Source: Myxococcota bacterium
GTDB taxonomy: Bacteria > Myxococcota_A > UBA796 > UBA2385
Length of the DNA stretch: 64,000 nt
Reading direction: 5' to 3'
NCBI GenBank assembly: GCA_044344255.1
Contig: JBIJDH010000013.1
Span: 158,422 to 222,421 of the forward strand
In this document: piece by piece, positions 8,449-16,955 of the stretch
How the letters are laid out: every line of letters starts with the position of its first letter
Numbering within the stretch: position 1 is the first letter of the stretch
Notes under the pieces: model-generated
The model's input: only the letters and a program-made list of their open reading frames with translations
What the model was told of the DNA's origin: nothing
Database searches by the model: none
Made by a program: the position numbers and the translations under genes

Positions 8449-10269
8449 ATGAGCGCCACCGAGTACGAGATCGACCTCCGCGACATCCGCTTCGTCCTCC
8501 ACGAGCAGATGCGGATCTCGGAGAGCCTGAAGAGCATCCCTCGCTACGCTGAGCTCGACCGCGACACCCTCGACTCCTTCCTCGACGAGTGTGGCCGCGT
8601 GGCCCTCGAAGTCCTCGCCCGCTCCAACCGCGACGGGGACCGCATCGGCTGTAAGCTCGACGCAGACGGCAACGTCACCACCCCCCCGGGCTTCAAGGAG
8701 GCCTGGAAGGCCACCACCGACGGCGGCTGGAACGCGCTCTGCGCCGACGAGCAGTACGGCGGCATGGGCATGCCCCAGTCCCTCGGCGCGGCGGTGGGCG
8801 AGATCCTGACCGGCGCCAACACCGCCTTTGCCACCTACCCGGGCCTCGGCCGCGCGGCGGCCAACCTCCTCGCCGAGTATGCCCCCGAGCCCCACCGCAC
8901 CCTCTGCTGCACCAAGCTCTTCAGCGGCGAGTGGTGCGGCACGATGTGCTTGACCGAGGCCGGCGCCGGCAGCTCTGTGGGCGACAACCGCGCCAAGGCC
9001 GTCCCCCTCGGCGAGGGCGATCTCTACGAGATCACCGGCGAGAAGATGTTCATCACCGCCGGTGACCAGGACCTCACGAGCAACATCATCCACCTCGTGC
9101 TCGCCCGCACTCCGGGCGCCCCGGCCGGCACCAAGGGCCTGTCGATCTTCCTCGTCCCCAAGTTCATGTACGACGCCGAGGGCAACCTCGGGGAGCGGAA
9201 CGGCGCCTTCGTCGAGAAGATCGAAGAGAAGATGGGCATCCACGGGAGCGCCACCACCGTGCTCTCCCTCGGCGCGCGCAGCAAGTGTGTGGGCTGGCTC
9301 CTCGGTCGCGAGAACGAGGGCATGAAGATCATGTTCCACATGATGAACGAGGCCCGCATCGCGGTCGGCGTGCAGGGCCTCGCCGCCGCCTCCAGCGCCT
9401 ACTTGAACGCCCTCGCCTACGCCAAGGATCGCGTCCAGGGCCAGGCCGTTGAGCGCTTCGGCGACAACTCCGCCCCGGCGATCACCATCATCGAGCACCC
9501 CGACGTCCGCCGCATGCTGCTGTGGCAGAAGGTGCACGTCGAGACCATGCGCTCCTTCGTCTACACCTGCGCCAACCGGCTCGATCGCGCCATGAACTCG
9601 ACCGACGCCGAGGAGCGCGAGTACCTCATGGGCCTGGTCGAGCTGGCGACGCCGATCATCAAGTCCTACTGCACCGACAAGGGCTTCGAGGTCACGGTGA
9701 TGGCCCTGCAGACCTACGGTGGCTACGGCTACATCGGCGAGTACCCCGTCGAGCAGACCGTCCGCGACGCCAAGATCTCCAGCATCTACGAGGGCACGAA
9801 CGGGATCCAGGCGATGGACCTCCTCGGCCGCAAGATGCGCAAGGGCGGCGGCATGCTCTTCATGAACTGGCTCAACGAGGCCAATGAAGAGATCGAGAAG
9901 GCCAAGGCGATCAGCGACTTCGCGGCCGACGTGGACGCCCTCGAGAAGGCCCGTGATGGCCTCGGCGCCAGCGCGATGCACCTCGGCGGCCTCGGCATGG
10001 CCGGCAACCTCCGCGGCGCGATGCTCAACTCGATGAACTTCCTCAACCAGTTCGGCTGCGTGACCCTCGGGCTCCACGCCCTCTCGCAGGCCCGCATCGC
10101 GAAGGCGGCGCTCGACGCGGGCGCCACCGGGGCGGACGCGCGCTTCTACAAGGGCAAGATCTCCAACCTGAAGTTCTATGTGAACCAGGTCCTGCCCGGG
10201 GCCACCGCCCTCGGCCGCTCGATCCGCTCGGGTGACGAGAGCAGCCTCGACGCCGACCTCTTCGCCTAA
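8449..10269 (+). CDS. Acyl-CoA dehydrogenase (long, ~600 aa type)
   Basis: GTMCLTEAGAGS, GTKGLSIFLVPK, IEEKMGIHGSAT, GGYGYIGEYPVEQ, IYEGTNGIQAMDL; GGAG before ATG 8449. Confidence 0.95.
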   Translation: MSATEYEIDLRDIRFVLHEQMRISESLKSIPRYAELDRDTLDSFLDECGRVALEVLARSNRDGDRIGCKLDADGNVTTPPGFKEAWKATTDGGWNALCADEQYGGMGMPQSLGAAVGEILTGANTAFATYPGLGRAAANLLAEYAPEPHRTLCCTKLFSGEWCGTMCLTEAGAGSSVGDNRAKAVPLGEGDLYEITGEKMFITAGDQDLTSNIIHLVLARTPGAPAGTKGLSIFLVPKFMYDAEGNLGERNGAFVEKIEEKMGIHGSATTVLSLGARSKCVGWLLGRENEGMKIMFHMMNEARIAVGVQGLAAASSAYLNALAYAKDRVQGQAVERFGDNSAPAITIIEHPDVRRMLLWQKVHVETMRSFVYTCANRLDRAMNSTDAEEREYLMGLVELATPIIKSYCTDKGFEVTVMALQTYGGYGYIGEYPVEQTVRDAKISSIYEGTNGIQAMDLLGRKMRKGGGMLFMNWLNEANEEIEKAKAISDFAADVDALEKARDGLGASAMHLGGLGMAGNLRGAMLNSMNFLNQFGCVTLGLHALSQARIAKAALDAGATGADARFYKGKISNLKFYVNQVLPGATALGRSIRSGDESSLDADLFA

Positions 10270-10381
10270 AGCTGGGTAGATCCGGGCGGCCCGGCCGCCA
10301 ACGACGGCGGGAGCTCTGCGGGGCTCCCCCCGCTTCGTGAGCGGGAGCCCCACCCGGAGCTCGCCCCCCCCACCGGGGCCG

Positions 10382-11551
10382 TCAAGGGTACAGCAGGCAG
10401 GGCTCCCGCTGCTCGATGAAGAGGTCGAGCTCGGGCTTCCAGCCCTCCATCAGCTCTCGCGGGCGAACCCGGCTCTCGAGCCCCACGCGGGCCTCATGCG
10501 AGCCGCAGAGGAGGTCGATCGCGATCGGGCTGTCGACGAACTCGTAGGTCTCGGTGCGCCAACGGAAGGAGTCGGGGGCGGCGCGGAGGGCGGCCTCCAG
10601 CACCACGAGCCCGAGCAAGAAGGGCTCCATGCGGTCCCGATCGGTGACGAAGAGCTCGACGCCGTGGCAGGCCTGACCGGCGAACTTCTGGAAGCGCGGC
10701 TCAAAGGTGGCGGCGCGGAAGCCAACCCCGTGCAGGTGCGCGTCGACCGCACCCTGACGGCAGTAGCGAGTGAAACGCTCTCGATCGAGCCAGGGGGCGC
10801 CGACGAGGTGGAAGGGGCGGGTGGTGCCGCGCCCCTCGGAGAGGTTCGTCCCTTCGATCAGGCACATCCCGGGGTAGATCGCCGCGGTCTCCAACATCGG
10901 CATGTTGGGCGAGGGGTAGACCCAGGGGAGCCCCGTCTGGTCGGCCCACTGGTCGCGGTGCCAGCCCTCACAGCGGATGACCTCGTAGGCGCAGTCCACG
11001 CCCAGCACGTCCTTGAAGTAGGTGCCGAGCTCGCCCATCGTCATGCCGTGCCGCACCGCGAGGGGGTAGGCGGAGACAAAGCTCTCGTAGCCCGGGCGGA
11101 CGACGTTCCCTTCGAGGGACACGCCGTCGATGGGGTTCGGGCGGTCGAGCACGACCACGCGCGTCCCCGTCTCACGGGCCACCTCCATGATGTAGCCGAG
11201 CGTGGCCTGGTACGTGTAATACCGGCTCCCGATGTCCTGAATGTCGAAGAGCAGCACGTCGAGGTCGGCCAGGAGCTCCGGCCTCGGCCGCAGCGTGGCG
11301 GCGCTGTCCCCATAGAGGGAGACCACCGCGGCGGCCCGGTCCTCCCCTTCGACCGGGATCATGTCCTGCGCCGTGGCGTCGAGGCCGTGCTCCGGCCCGA
11401 ACAGCCGCGTGACCCCCACCCCGGCGGCCTGGAGGCGCGGGAGCGCGTGATCGAGCTCCGCCGTGATGGCGGTGTGGTTGCAGCAGAGGCCGACCCGCTG
11501 TCCGAGCAGGGGGGCCACATTGTCCAGCAGGACGTCCAGACCGGCGCGCAT
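10382..11551 (-). CDS. namZ: NamZ/DUF1343 exo-beta-N-acetylmuramidase family protein
   Basis: LFGPEHG, FDIQDIGSRYYTY, LDRPNP, RHGMTMGEL, PSPNMP, SEGRGTTRPF. Confidence 0.92.
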   Translation of the reverse strand: MRAGLDVLLDNVAPLLGQRVGLCCNHTAITAELDHALPRLQAAGVGVTRLFGPEHGLDATAQDMIPVEGEDRAAAVVSLYGDSAATLRPRPELLADLDVLLFDIQDIGSRYYTYQATLGYIMEVARETGTRVVVLDRPNPIDGVSLEGNVVRPGYESFVSAYPLAVRHGMTMGELGTYFKDVLGVDCAYEVIRCEGWHRDQWADQTGLPWVYPSPNMPMLETAAIYPGMCLIEGTNLSEGRGTTRPFHLVGAPWLDRERFTRYCRQGAVDAHLHGVGFRAATFEPRFQKFAGQACHGVELFVTDRDRMEPFLLGLVVLEAALRAAPDSFRWRTETYEFVDSPIAIDLLCGSHEARVGLESRVRPRELMEGWKPELDLFIEQREPCLLYP

Positions 11552-11674
11552 GGTGCCTCAGGAGCGGAGGGGAAGAGAGGGCGGGTGACCAGGAGTCGCG
11601 GAGGGCAGACAGCCGGAGCGCGCCCCAGCAGACAGCGCCAGCTGTACAATCAGGGCCCATCCCCGAGGCCGACC

Positions 11675-12379
11675 ATGCGCCTATCTCCCTCCATCGCTGC
11701 CCTCACCTTCACCGGGCTCCAAGGCTGCGTGAATTTCAAGTCCGACGAGACGGGCGCCCACGCCCTCTCCTACGACGGGTCTCCCTCCTGCGCCCAGGTT
11801 GCGGGCTTCGACGTCGCCCCCGCCGCCTTCACCGCGGAGGCCTGGGTGCGCGGCCAGGCGGACCTCTCCTACGAGGACCACCCCCTGATCGAGCTCCCCG
11901 GGGCCTTCGCGCTCACCCTCGATCCCGATGGCCTCGCCCAGCTCACCGATGGCACGGCCACCCGGGCCGGCGCCTCCTCGCCCTTCGACTGGCTGGACGG
12001 TGAGCTGCACCACGTCGCCGGAACGTGGGACGGCTCCACGTCGACGCTCTGGATCGACGGCGCCCAGCTCGCCTTCAACTCCACCGTGACCTACTTCGGG
12101 GCCTCCTCCGAGGTCCTCTACGTCGGCTGCCAGCCCCGGGAGGACGTCTACCACGAGGGCCTGATCGACGAGGTCAGAATATCTGATAACGCGCGTTATA
12201 CCGAAGACTTCGCCCCGCCTTCCGGGCCCTTCGAGGTGGACGCCCACACCCTCGCCCTCTTTCACTTCAGCGAGGGAGACGGGGACGAGACCGCCGACGA
12301 GACGGGCCAGTGGGTGGCCAGCCTGGAGGCGGTAGAATGGGTGGCCTTCACCCTTGGAGGAGAGTCCGCGGGGGAATAG
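11675..12379 (+). CDS. LamG-like jelly-roll lipoprotein
   Basis: Lipobox-like GLQGC; FTAEAWV, HHVAGTWDG, LWIDG, GLIDEVRIS, TLALFHF; this is the C-terminal third of track ORF 10337..12379. Confidence 0.8.
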   Translation: MRLSPSIAALTFTGLQGCVNFKSDETGAHALSYDGSPSCAQVAGFDVAPAAFTAEAWVRGQADLSYEDHPLIELPGAFALTLDPDGLAQLTDGTATRAGASSPFDWLDGELHHVAGTWDGSTSTLWIDGAQLAFNSTVTYFGASSEVLYVGCQPREDVYHEGLIDEVRISDNARYTEDFAPPSGPFEVDAHTLALFHFSEGDGDETADETGQWVASLEAVEWVAFTLGGESAGE

Positions 12380-12401
12380 CTTCGGGGTCCAGGAGCCCAC
12401 C

Positions 12402-13634
12402 ATGCCCTCGCCGACCTCGCCGACCTCGCCGACCTCGCCTCCCGCCGCCGCTGGCGCCGCGCCCCGATCCGGCAAGTCCCGAATCGCCATCGTCCGCACG
12501 ACGCCCAAGACCGTGCTCGACGACTACGCCCGCCTCCTGGACCTCTCGGCCTATCAGGGTGTGCTCGACCCGAACGCCACCACCATCCTCAAGAACAACA
12601 TCTCCTGGCACCTGCTCTACCCGAGCGCCAACTCCACCCCCTGGCAGATCGAGGGCGTGGTGCGAAAGCTCCGAAAGGACGGGTACAAAGACCTCGTCGT
12701 GGTCGAGAACCGCACGGTGGTCACCCAGGCGAAGAAGGGTGAGAAGCTCAACAACTTCACCCCGGTCCACGAGCGCTACAACCTGCCGGTGAAGTACAAC
12801 TTCAACCCGGCCGACATGCGCTGGGTGACCTACGAGCCCAAGGGCCCGATGCTGGTGCTCGACAAGGTCTACCCAAAGGGCATCCGCATCCCGGACTACT
12901 TCTTCGGCAAGAACGTGGTGCACCTGCCGACGGTGAAGACCCACATCTACACCGACTACACGTGCGCCCTCAAGAACGCGTTCGGCGGTCTGCTCGATGT
13001 AACGCGGCATTATACACACCCCGTCATCCACGAGACCCTCGTTGACCTCCTGCGCATCCAGCAGGAGATTCAGGCCAGCACCTTCGCCGTGGCCGACGCC
13101 ACGACCGCAGGCAGCGGGCCCGGCCCGCGCACGATGATCCCCCAGGTGAAGAACCTGCTCATCGCCGGCGCCGATCAGGTGGCGGTCGACGCCGTCGCCG
13201 CCAAGCTGATCGGCTTCGACCCCATGAGCATCAAGTGCATCCGCCTCGCCACCGAGGCGGGCCTCGGCAACGGCCACCTCGATGACATCGAGATCGTGGG
13301 CGATATGGACACCGCCGAGGTCAAGCGCACCAGCTGGGAGTTCGTGGTCGGCGACAACGCCGCCAGCAAGGTGGGAGACCTCTTCTGGTTCGGCCCGATG
13401 AAGCCCATCTCCCGGCTGATGTTTCAGACCCCGCTGGTCAACGCCTTCATCATGGGCAGCTTCATCTACCACGACTACATCTGGTACCCGACCGAAGGGA
13501 AGAAGATCGTGGATCAATGGCTGCGGGACACCGAGTGGGGCCAGCACTTCCTCACCTACGGTGACCCCTTCGCCGCCGCCCCCGAGTCGCCGCGGGAGGG
13601 CCTGCTCTCTCGTTTGATGTCCCGGCCCGCCTGA
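12402..13634 (+). CDS. DUF362 family protein
   Basis: ILKNNISW, NVVHLPTVKTH, CALKNAFG, GSGP, DQVAVDAVAAKLIGFDP; AGGAG before ATG 12402. Confidence 0.8.
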   Translation: MPSPTSPTSPTSPPAAAGAAPRSGKSRIAIVRTTPKTVLDDYARLLDLSAYQGVLDPNATTILKNNISWHLLYPSANSTPWQIEGVVRKLRKDGYKDLVVVENRTVVTQAKKGEKLNNFTPVHERYNLPVKYNFNPADMRWVTYEPKGPMLVLDKVYPKGIRIPDYFFGKNVVHLPTVKTHIYTDYTCALKNAFGGLLDVTRHYTHPVIHETLVDLLRIQQEIQASTFAVADATTAGSGPGPRTMIPQVKNLLIAGADQVAVDAVAAKLIGFDPMSIKCIRLATEAGLGNGHLDDIEIVGDMDTAEVKRTSWEFVVGDNAASKVGDLFWFGPMKPISRLMFQTPLVNAFIMGSFIYHDYIWYPTEGKKIVDQWLRDTEWGQHFLTYGDPFAAAPESPREGLLSRLMSRPA

Positions 13635-13682
13635 GGCCCCGGGCCCGCCGGAGACGGGGCCGGGGCCGGGGCCACCGGCGCC

Positions 13683-14705
13683 TCAGAAGCCGAGCGAGGC
13701 GATGAGGGCCCGCGCGCCCTCCGGGTTGGCCTTACACTCGAGCAGGGCCCGGAGGATGAGCGGCGCCACGATGGTGGCGTCGGACTCGATCACGAACATC
13801 GGGGTGTCTTCGGTCAGCTTGTCCCAGGTGATCTTCTCGTTGGGCGTGGCCCCCGAGTACGAGCCGTAGGAGGTCGTCGAGTCGGAGATCTGGCAGAAGT
13901 AGGCCCAGGGCTTCACCGGGCGGCCCACGTCATACTTGATGGAGGGCACCACGCAGATCGGGAAGTCTCCAGCGATGCCCCCGCCGATCTGGAAGAAGCC
14001 CACGCCCGCGCCCTCCGCGAGGGCCTCGTACTGGTCGTACCAGGCGGCCATGTACTCGATGCCGGACTTGACGATCAAGGCGCTGCACTCGCCGTGGTAG
14101 ACGTGGCTGGCGAAGATGTTGCCGAAGGTGGAGTCTTCGTGCCCGGGCACCACGATCGGCAGCCCCGCGCGAGCGGCGGCGAGCAGCCAGCACTCGTCGG
14201 CCTTGCCCTCGTAGGTCGCCGGATCGACCTGCTGGATCAGATCGTAGAAGTACTCGTGCCAGAACCGCCGGGTCTGGTTCTCGGTGGCGGCGGTCCACAT
14301 CGGGACGATGATCTTCTCGACGGCGCGGAAGGCTTCGTCCTCGGGGATGCTCGTGTCGGTCACCCGGCGCATCCGGTCTTCTAGGATGCGGGTGTCATCC
14401 TGCTTGGTGAAGTAGCGGTAGTCGGGAAAGTCCTTGTAGCCGTGGTGGGCCACGAGGCGAAACAGCGACTCCTCGAGGTTGGCGCCAGTGACGGACAGGC
14501 CGTGGATGAGCCCCGCGCGGATCGCGGGGGCCAGCGTGATGCCGAGCTGGGCCGAGGACATCGCCCCCGCCACGGCCCAGAACATCCGGCCGCCGCCGTC
14601 GATGTGGCGCCAATAGGCGAGCAGCGCGTCCCGGGTGGCCCGGGCGTTGAAGTTCTTGTAGTCGCTCAGGATGAAGCTGAGGATTGGAAATTCAGAGCTG
14701 GACAC
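13683..14705 (-). CDS. Deoxyhypusine synthase-like protein (probable polyamine/homospermidine synthesis)
   Basis: AGAMSSA, TGANLEE, PGHEDSTFG, IGGGIAGDF, GSYSGATPNEKITWDK, IESDATIVAP; GTG start 14705. Confidence 0.88.
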   Translation of the reverse strand: MSSSEFPILSFILSDYKNFNARATRDALLAYWRHIDGGGRMFWAVAGAMSSAQLGITLAPAIRAGLIHGLSVTGANLEESLFRLVAHHGYKDFPDYRYFTKQDDTRILEDRMRRVTDTSIPEDEAFRAVEKIIVPMWTAATENQTRRFWHEYFYDLIQQVDPATYEGKADECWLLAAARAGLPIVVPGHEDSTFGNIFASHVYHGECSALIVKSGIEYMAAWYDQYEALAEGAGVGFFQIGGGIAGDFPICVVPSIKYDVGRPVKPWAYFCQISDSTTSYGSYSGATPNEKITWDKLTEDTPMFVIESDATIVAPLILRALLECKANPEGARALIASLGF

Positions 14706-14814
14706 GGCGGCACCTTCTCGACAGGGTTCTCGATCGGGGGTCTCGACCGGGAGCGGAGCGCGAATTTCGGCCCCGGGCCCCGCCGGTATGACGGGAGCAG
14801 GGGGAGCGCCAGCG

Positions 14815-16068
14815 TCACCGAGGGAGGGACCGGCGTAAGGCCACGAGGCCCGCCGTGAGGGCACCACCGCCGAGCAGCCGGGCGAACAAGGCACGCCAGC
14901 GGCCATCGGCCTCCCCTGAGCCCTCACTGAACCCAACCGCCGACACGACGGCGAGGCGGGGTGGAGCCTCCGGGGGCAGCCGCTCGACCGGCGCCGCCGA
15001 GGCGGAGAGGATGTACGGGGCGGCGAGCGAGCCGTCTTGCTGGTCGCTGCTGTCGACGGCCAGCCACCAGAGGCCGGGCTCGAGCGCCGCCGAGAGGTCC
15101 GTGGCGTCGTGGTCGATACAGCCCTCCGCGGCGGGGCGCTGGCTGAGGAAGAGGTGCAAGCGACCCGGGCGATCCCGACGGATCCCCGCGTCATGGCTCA
15201 ACCGGAGGGACACGCGGGCGGGGGCGTCGAGGCGCAGGCGATACCAGACCTCGGGGCCGCCGAACGGGAGGTCGGGCGCGCAAGGCCACCGCTCCACCGC
15301 CGAGCCTGCGCCGGCCGTGCTCCAGCGCTGATCCTGGTAGGGCAGTCGGTCGATCTCCCGCGCGGCGACGAGGGCACCCACGGGGGCGCTGTCCCGGATC
15401 TTTCGATATCGAACCGGCGTCATCCCCCGCAGATGCGGCCAGCCCGTGAACAGGCGAACCCGCATCGCGGCGCTCGAGGCCTCAAAGTAAACGGGCTGCC
15501 CGAGGGCGCTGCGCCCCGCCCAGATCACCACGTGGGAGCCAGCTTTCTTGAGGGCATCTCCGGGCTTGAGGTCGGCGAGGGCTCCGAGGCGCGGCGCCAG
15601 CCGGGCCAGCATCCCCGTGCCGTACTTCTTGGGGAGGCCCCACGCCACAGACAACAAGCCCGAGCAGTCCACGCCGGTGTTGCAGGTCTGGAAGCCCTGT
15701 GAGGCGCGGCTACCGGCGCCAGCCCCGCGCGCAATGGCCGCGTCGAATTCGGTGAGGCTGGCCCCGCCGCCCCAGTCGTAGGGTACGCCCCGGTATTCCC
15801 CGGGCGGGAACACGCTCTGGTAGCAGCTCCTCCGTCCGCCCCCCTCCGTCTGACAGGGCCGCCGACAGCGACCGAGTCGGTTCTGCTCCGCCGCCTCCCA
15901 GGGGTGGGTGGCGTAGGCCGCCGCGCGGTCGAGCACGCTGTCTCGATCGACGACGGCCGTACGGCCCTCTCCCCGGGCGACGCTCGGGTTCACGCCGAGC
16001 GGGAGGGCCAGACCAAGGCGGAGGGCCAGGCCGAGGCGGAGGCCAAGTTTGAGGCGCGGAGCGGACAT
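14815..16068 (-). CDS. Secreted NlpC/P60-type cysteine hydrolase with PPC-like domain and C-terminal hydrophobic tail
   Basis: Signal peptide; GVPYDWGG, GVDCSGL, LKPGDAL, GSHVVIW; GPEVWYRL...PGLWWLAVDS. Confidence 0.7.
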   Translation of the reverse strand: MSAPRLKLGLRLGLALRLGLALPLGVNPSVARGEGRTAVVDRDSVLDRAAAYATHPWEAAEQNRLGRCRRPCQTEGGGRRSCYQSVFPPGEYRGVPYDWGGGASLTEFDAAIARGAGAGSRASQGFQTCNTGVDCSGLLSVAWGLPKKYGTGMLARLAPRLGALADLKPGDALKKAGSHVVIWAGRSALGQPVYFEASSAAMRVRLFTGWPHLRGMTPVRYRKIRDSAPVGALVAAREIDRLPYQDQRWSTAGAGSAVERWPCAPDLPFGGPEVWYRLRLDAPARVSLRLSHDAGIRRDRPGRLHLFLSQRPAAEGCIDHDATDLSAALEPGLWWLAVDSSDQQDGSLAAPYILSASAAPVERLPPEAPPRLAVVSAVGFSEGSGEADGRWRALFARLLGGGALTAGLVALRRSLPR

Positions 16069-16181
16069 GGGGCGGAGCGGCGTACGGAAGGTGGTGACAG
16101 CGGGCAGGCATGCTACCGCGGCGGGGCCTTGCGCAGCATCCCGTTGTCGCTACACTCGGCGGGAAGGGGGAGCCGGTTCCG

Positions 16182-16955
16182 ATGAGCGTCTACTACCGCC
16201 CCGTGGGCACCGAGGTGGAGGTCTTCCTCACCGCCGCCCGCCTGGACCTCCCCCTCCTCCTCAAAGGGCCGACCGGCTGCGGAAAGACTCGCTTTGTCCG
16301 AGCGATGGCCGAGCGGCTCGGGCGGCCGTTGATCACGGTCGCCTGCCAGGAGGACCTCGCCGCCGCAGACCTCACCGGCCGCTTCCTGCTCGAGGGCGGG
16401 GAGACGGTCTGGCACGACGGCCCCCTCACCCGTGCGCTGCGCGAGGGGGCGATCTGCTACCTCGACGAGGTCGTGGAGGCCCGCGCCGACGTGCTCACCG
16501 TCCTCCACCCCCTGACCGACGACCGCCGCCGCCTCCCCCTCGAGCGCCTCGGTGTGGAGGTGGAGGCGGCGCCTGGCTTCCTCGTCGTGGTCTCCTACAA
16601 CCCCGGGTACCAGTCCGCCGCTCGCGAGCTCAAGGAGAGCACGCGTCAGCGCTTCGTCGCCCTCTCCTTCGATTACCCCGCCGAGGCCGTAGAGGCCGAG
16701 ATCGTGGCCCATGAGGCGGGCTGTGCGGCCACGCTCGCCGCGCAGGTGGTGCGCCTAGGGCGGGCCACGCGCAACCTGAAGAACCACGGGCTGCGGGAGG
16801 GGGCCTCCACCCGCGTGCTCATCCACACCGCCCGACTCGCCGCGAGCGGCCTCTCCCTTCAAGAGGCCGCCCTCGCCGGACTGGTGGGCCCCCTCACCGA
16901 CGACCCCGAGATGACCCGCTCCCTCCGCGAGCTCCTGCGGAGCGCCCTCGGCTGA
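16182..16955 (+). CDS. CbbQ/NirQ/NorQ-family MoxR AAA+ ATPase
   Basis: LKGPTGCGKTRF, CYLDEVVEAR, HPLTDDRR, SYNPGYQ, LKESTRQRF, EGASTR. Confidence 0.93.
   Translation: MSVYYRPVGTEVEVFLTAARLDLPLLLKGPTGCGKTRFVRAMAERLGRPLITVACQEDLAAADLTGRFLLEGGETVWHDGPLTRALREGAICYLDEVVEARADVLTVLHPLTDDRRRLPLERLGVEVEAAPGFLVVVSYNPGYQSAARELKESTRQRFVALSFDYPAEAVEAEIVAHEAGCAATLAAQVVRLGRATRNLKNHGLREGASTRVLIHTARLAASGLSLQEAALAGLVGPLTDDPEMTRSLRELLRSALG

Noticed and set aside
10337..11674. N-terminal part of the 680-aa track ORF as a large LamG fusion
   Set aside because: It is antisense to namZ; a proper signal peptide starts at 11675
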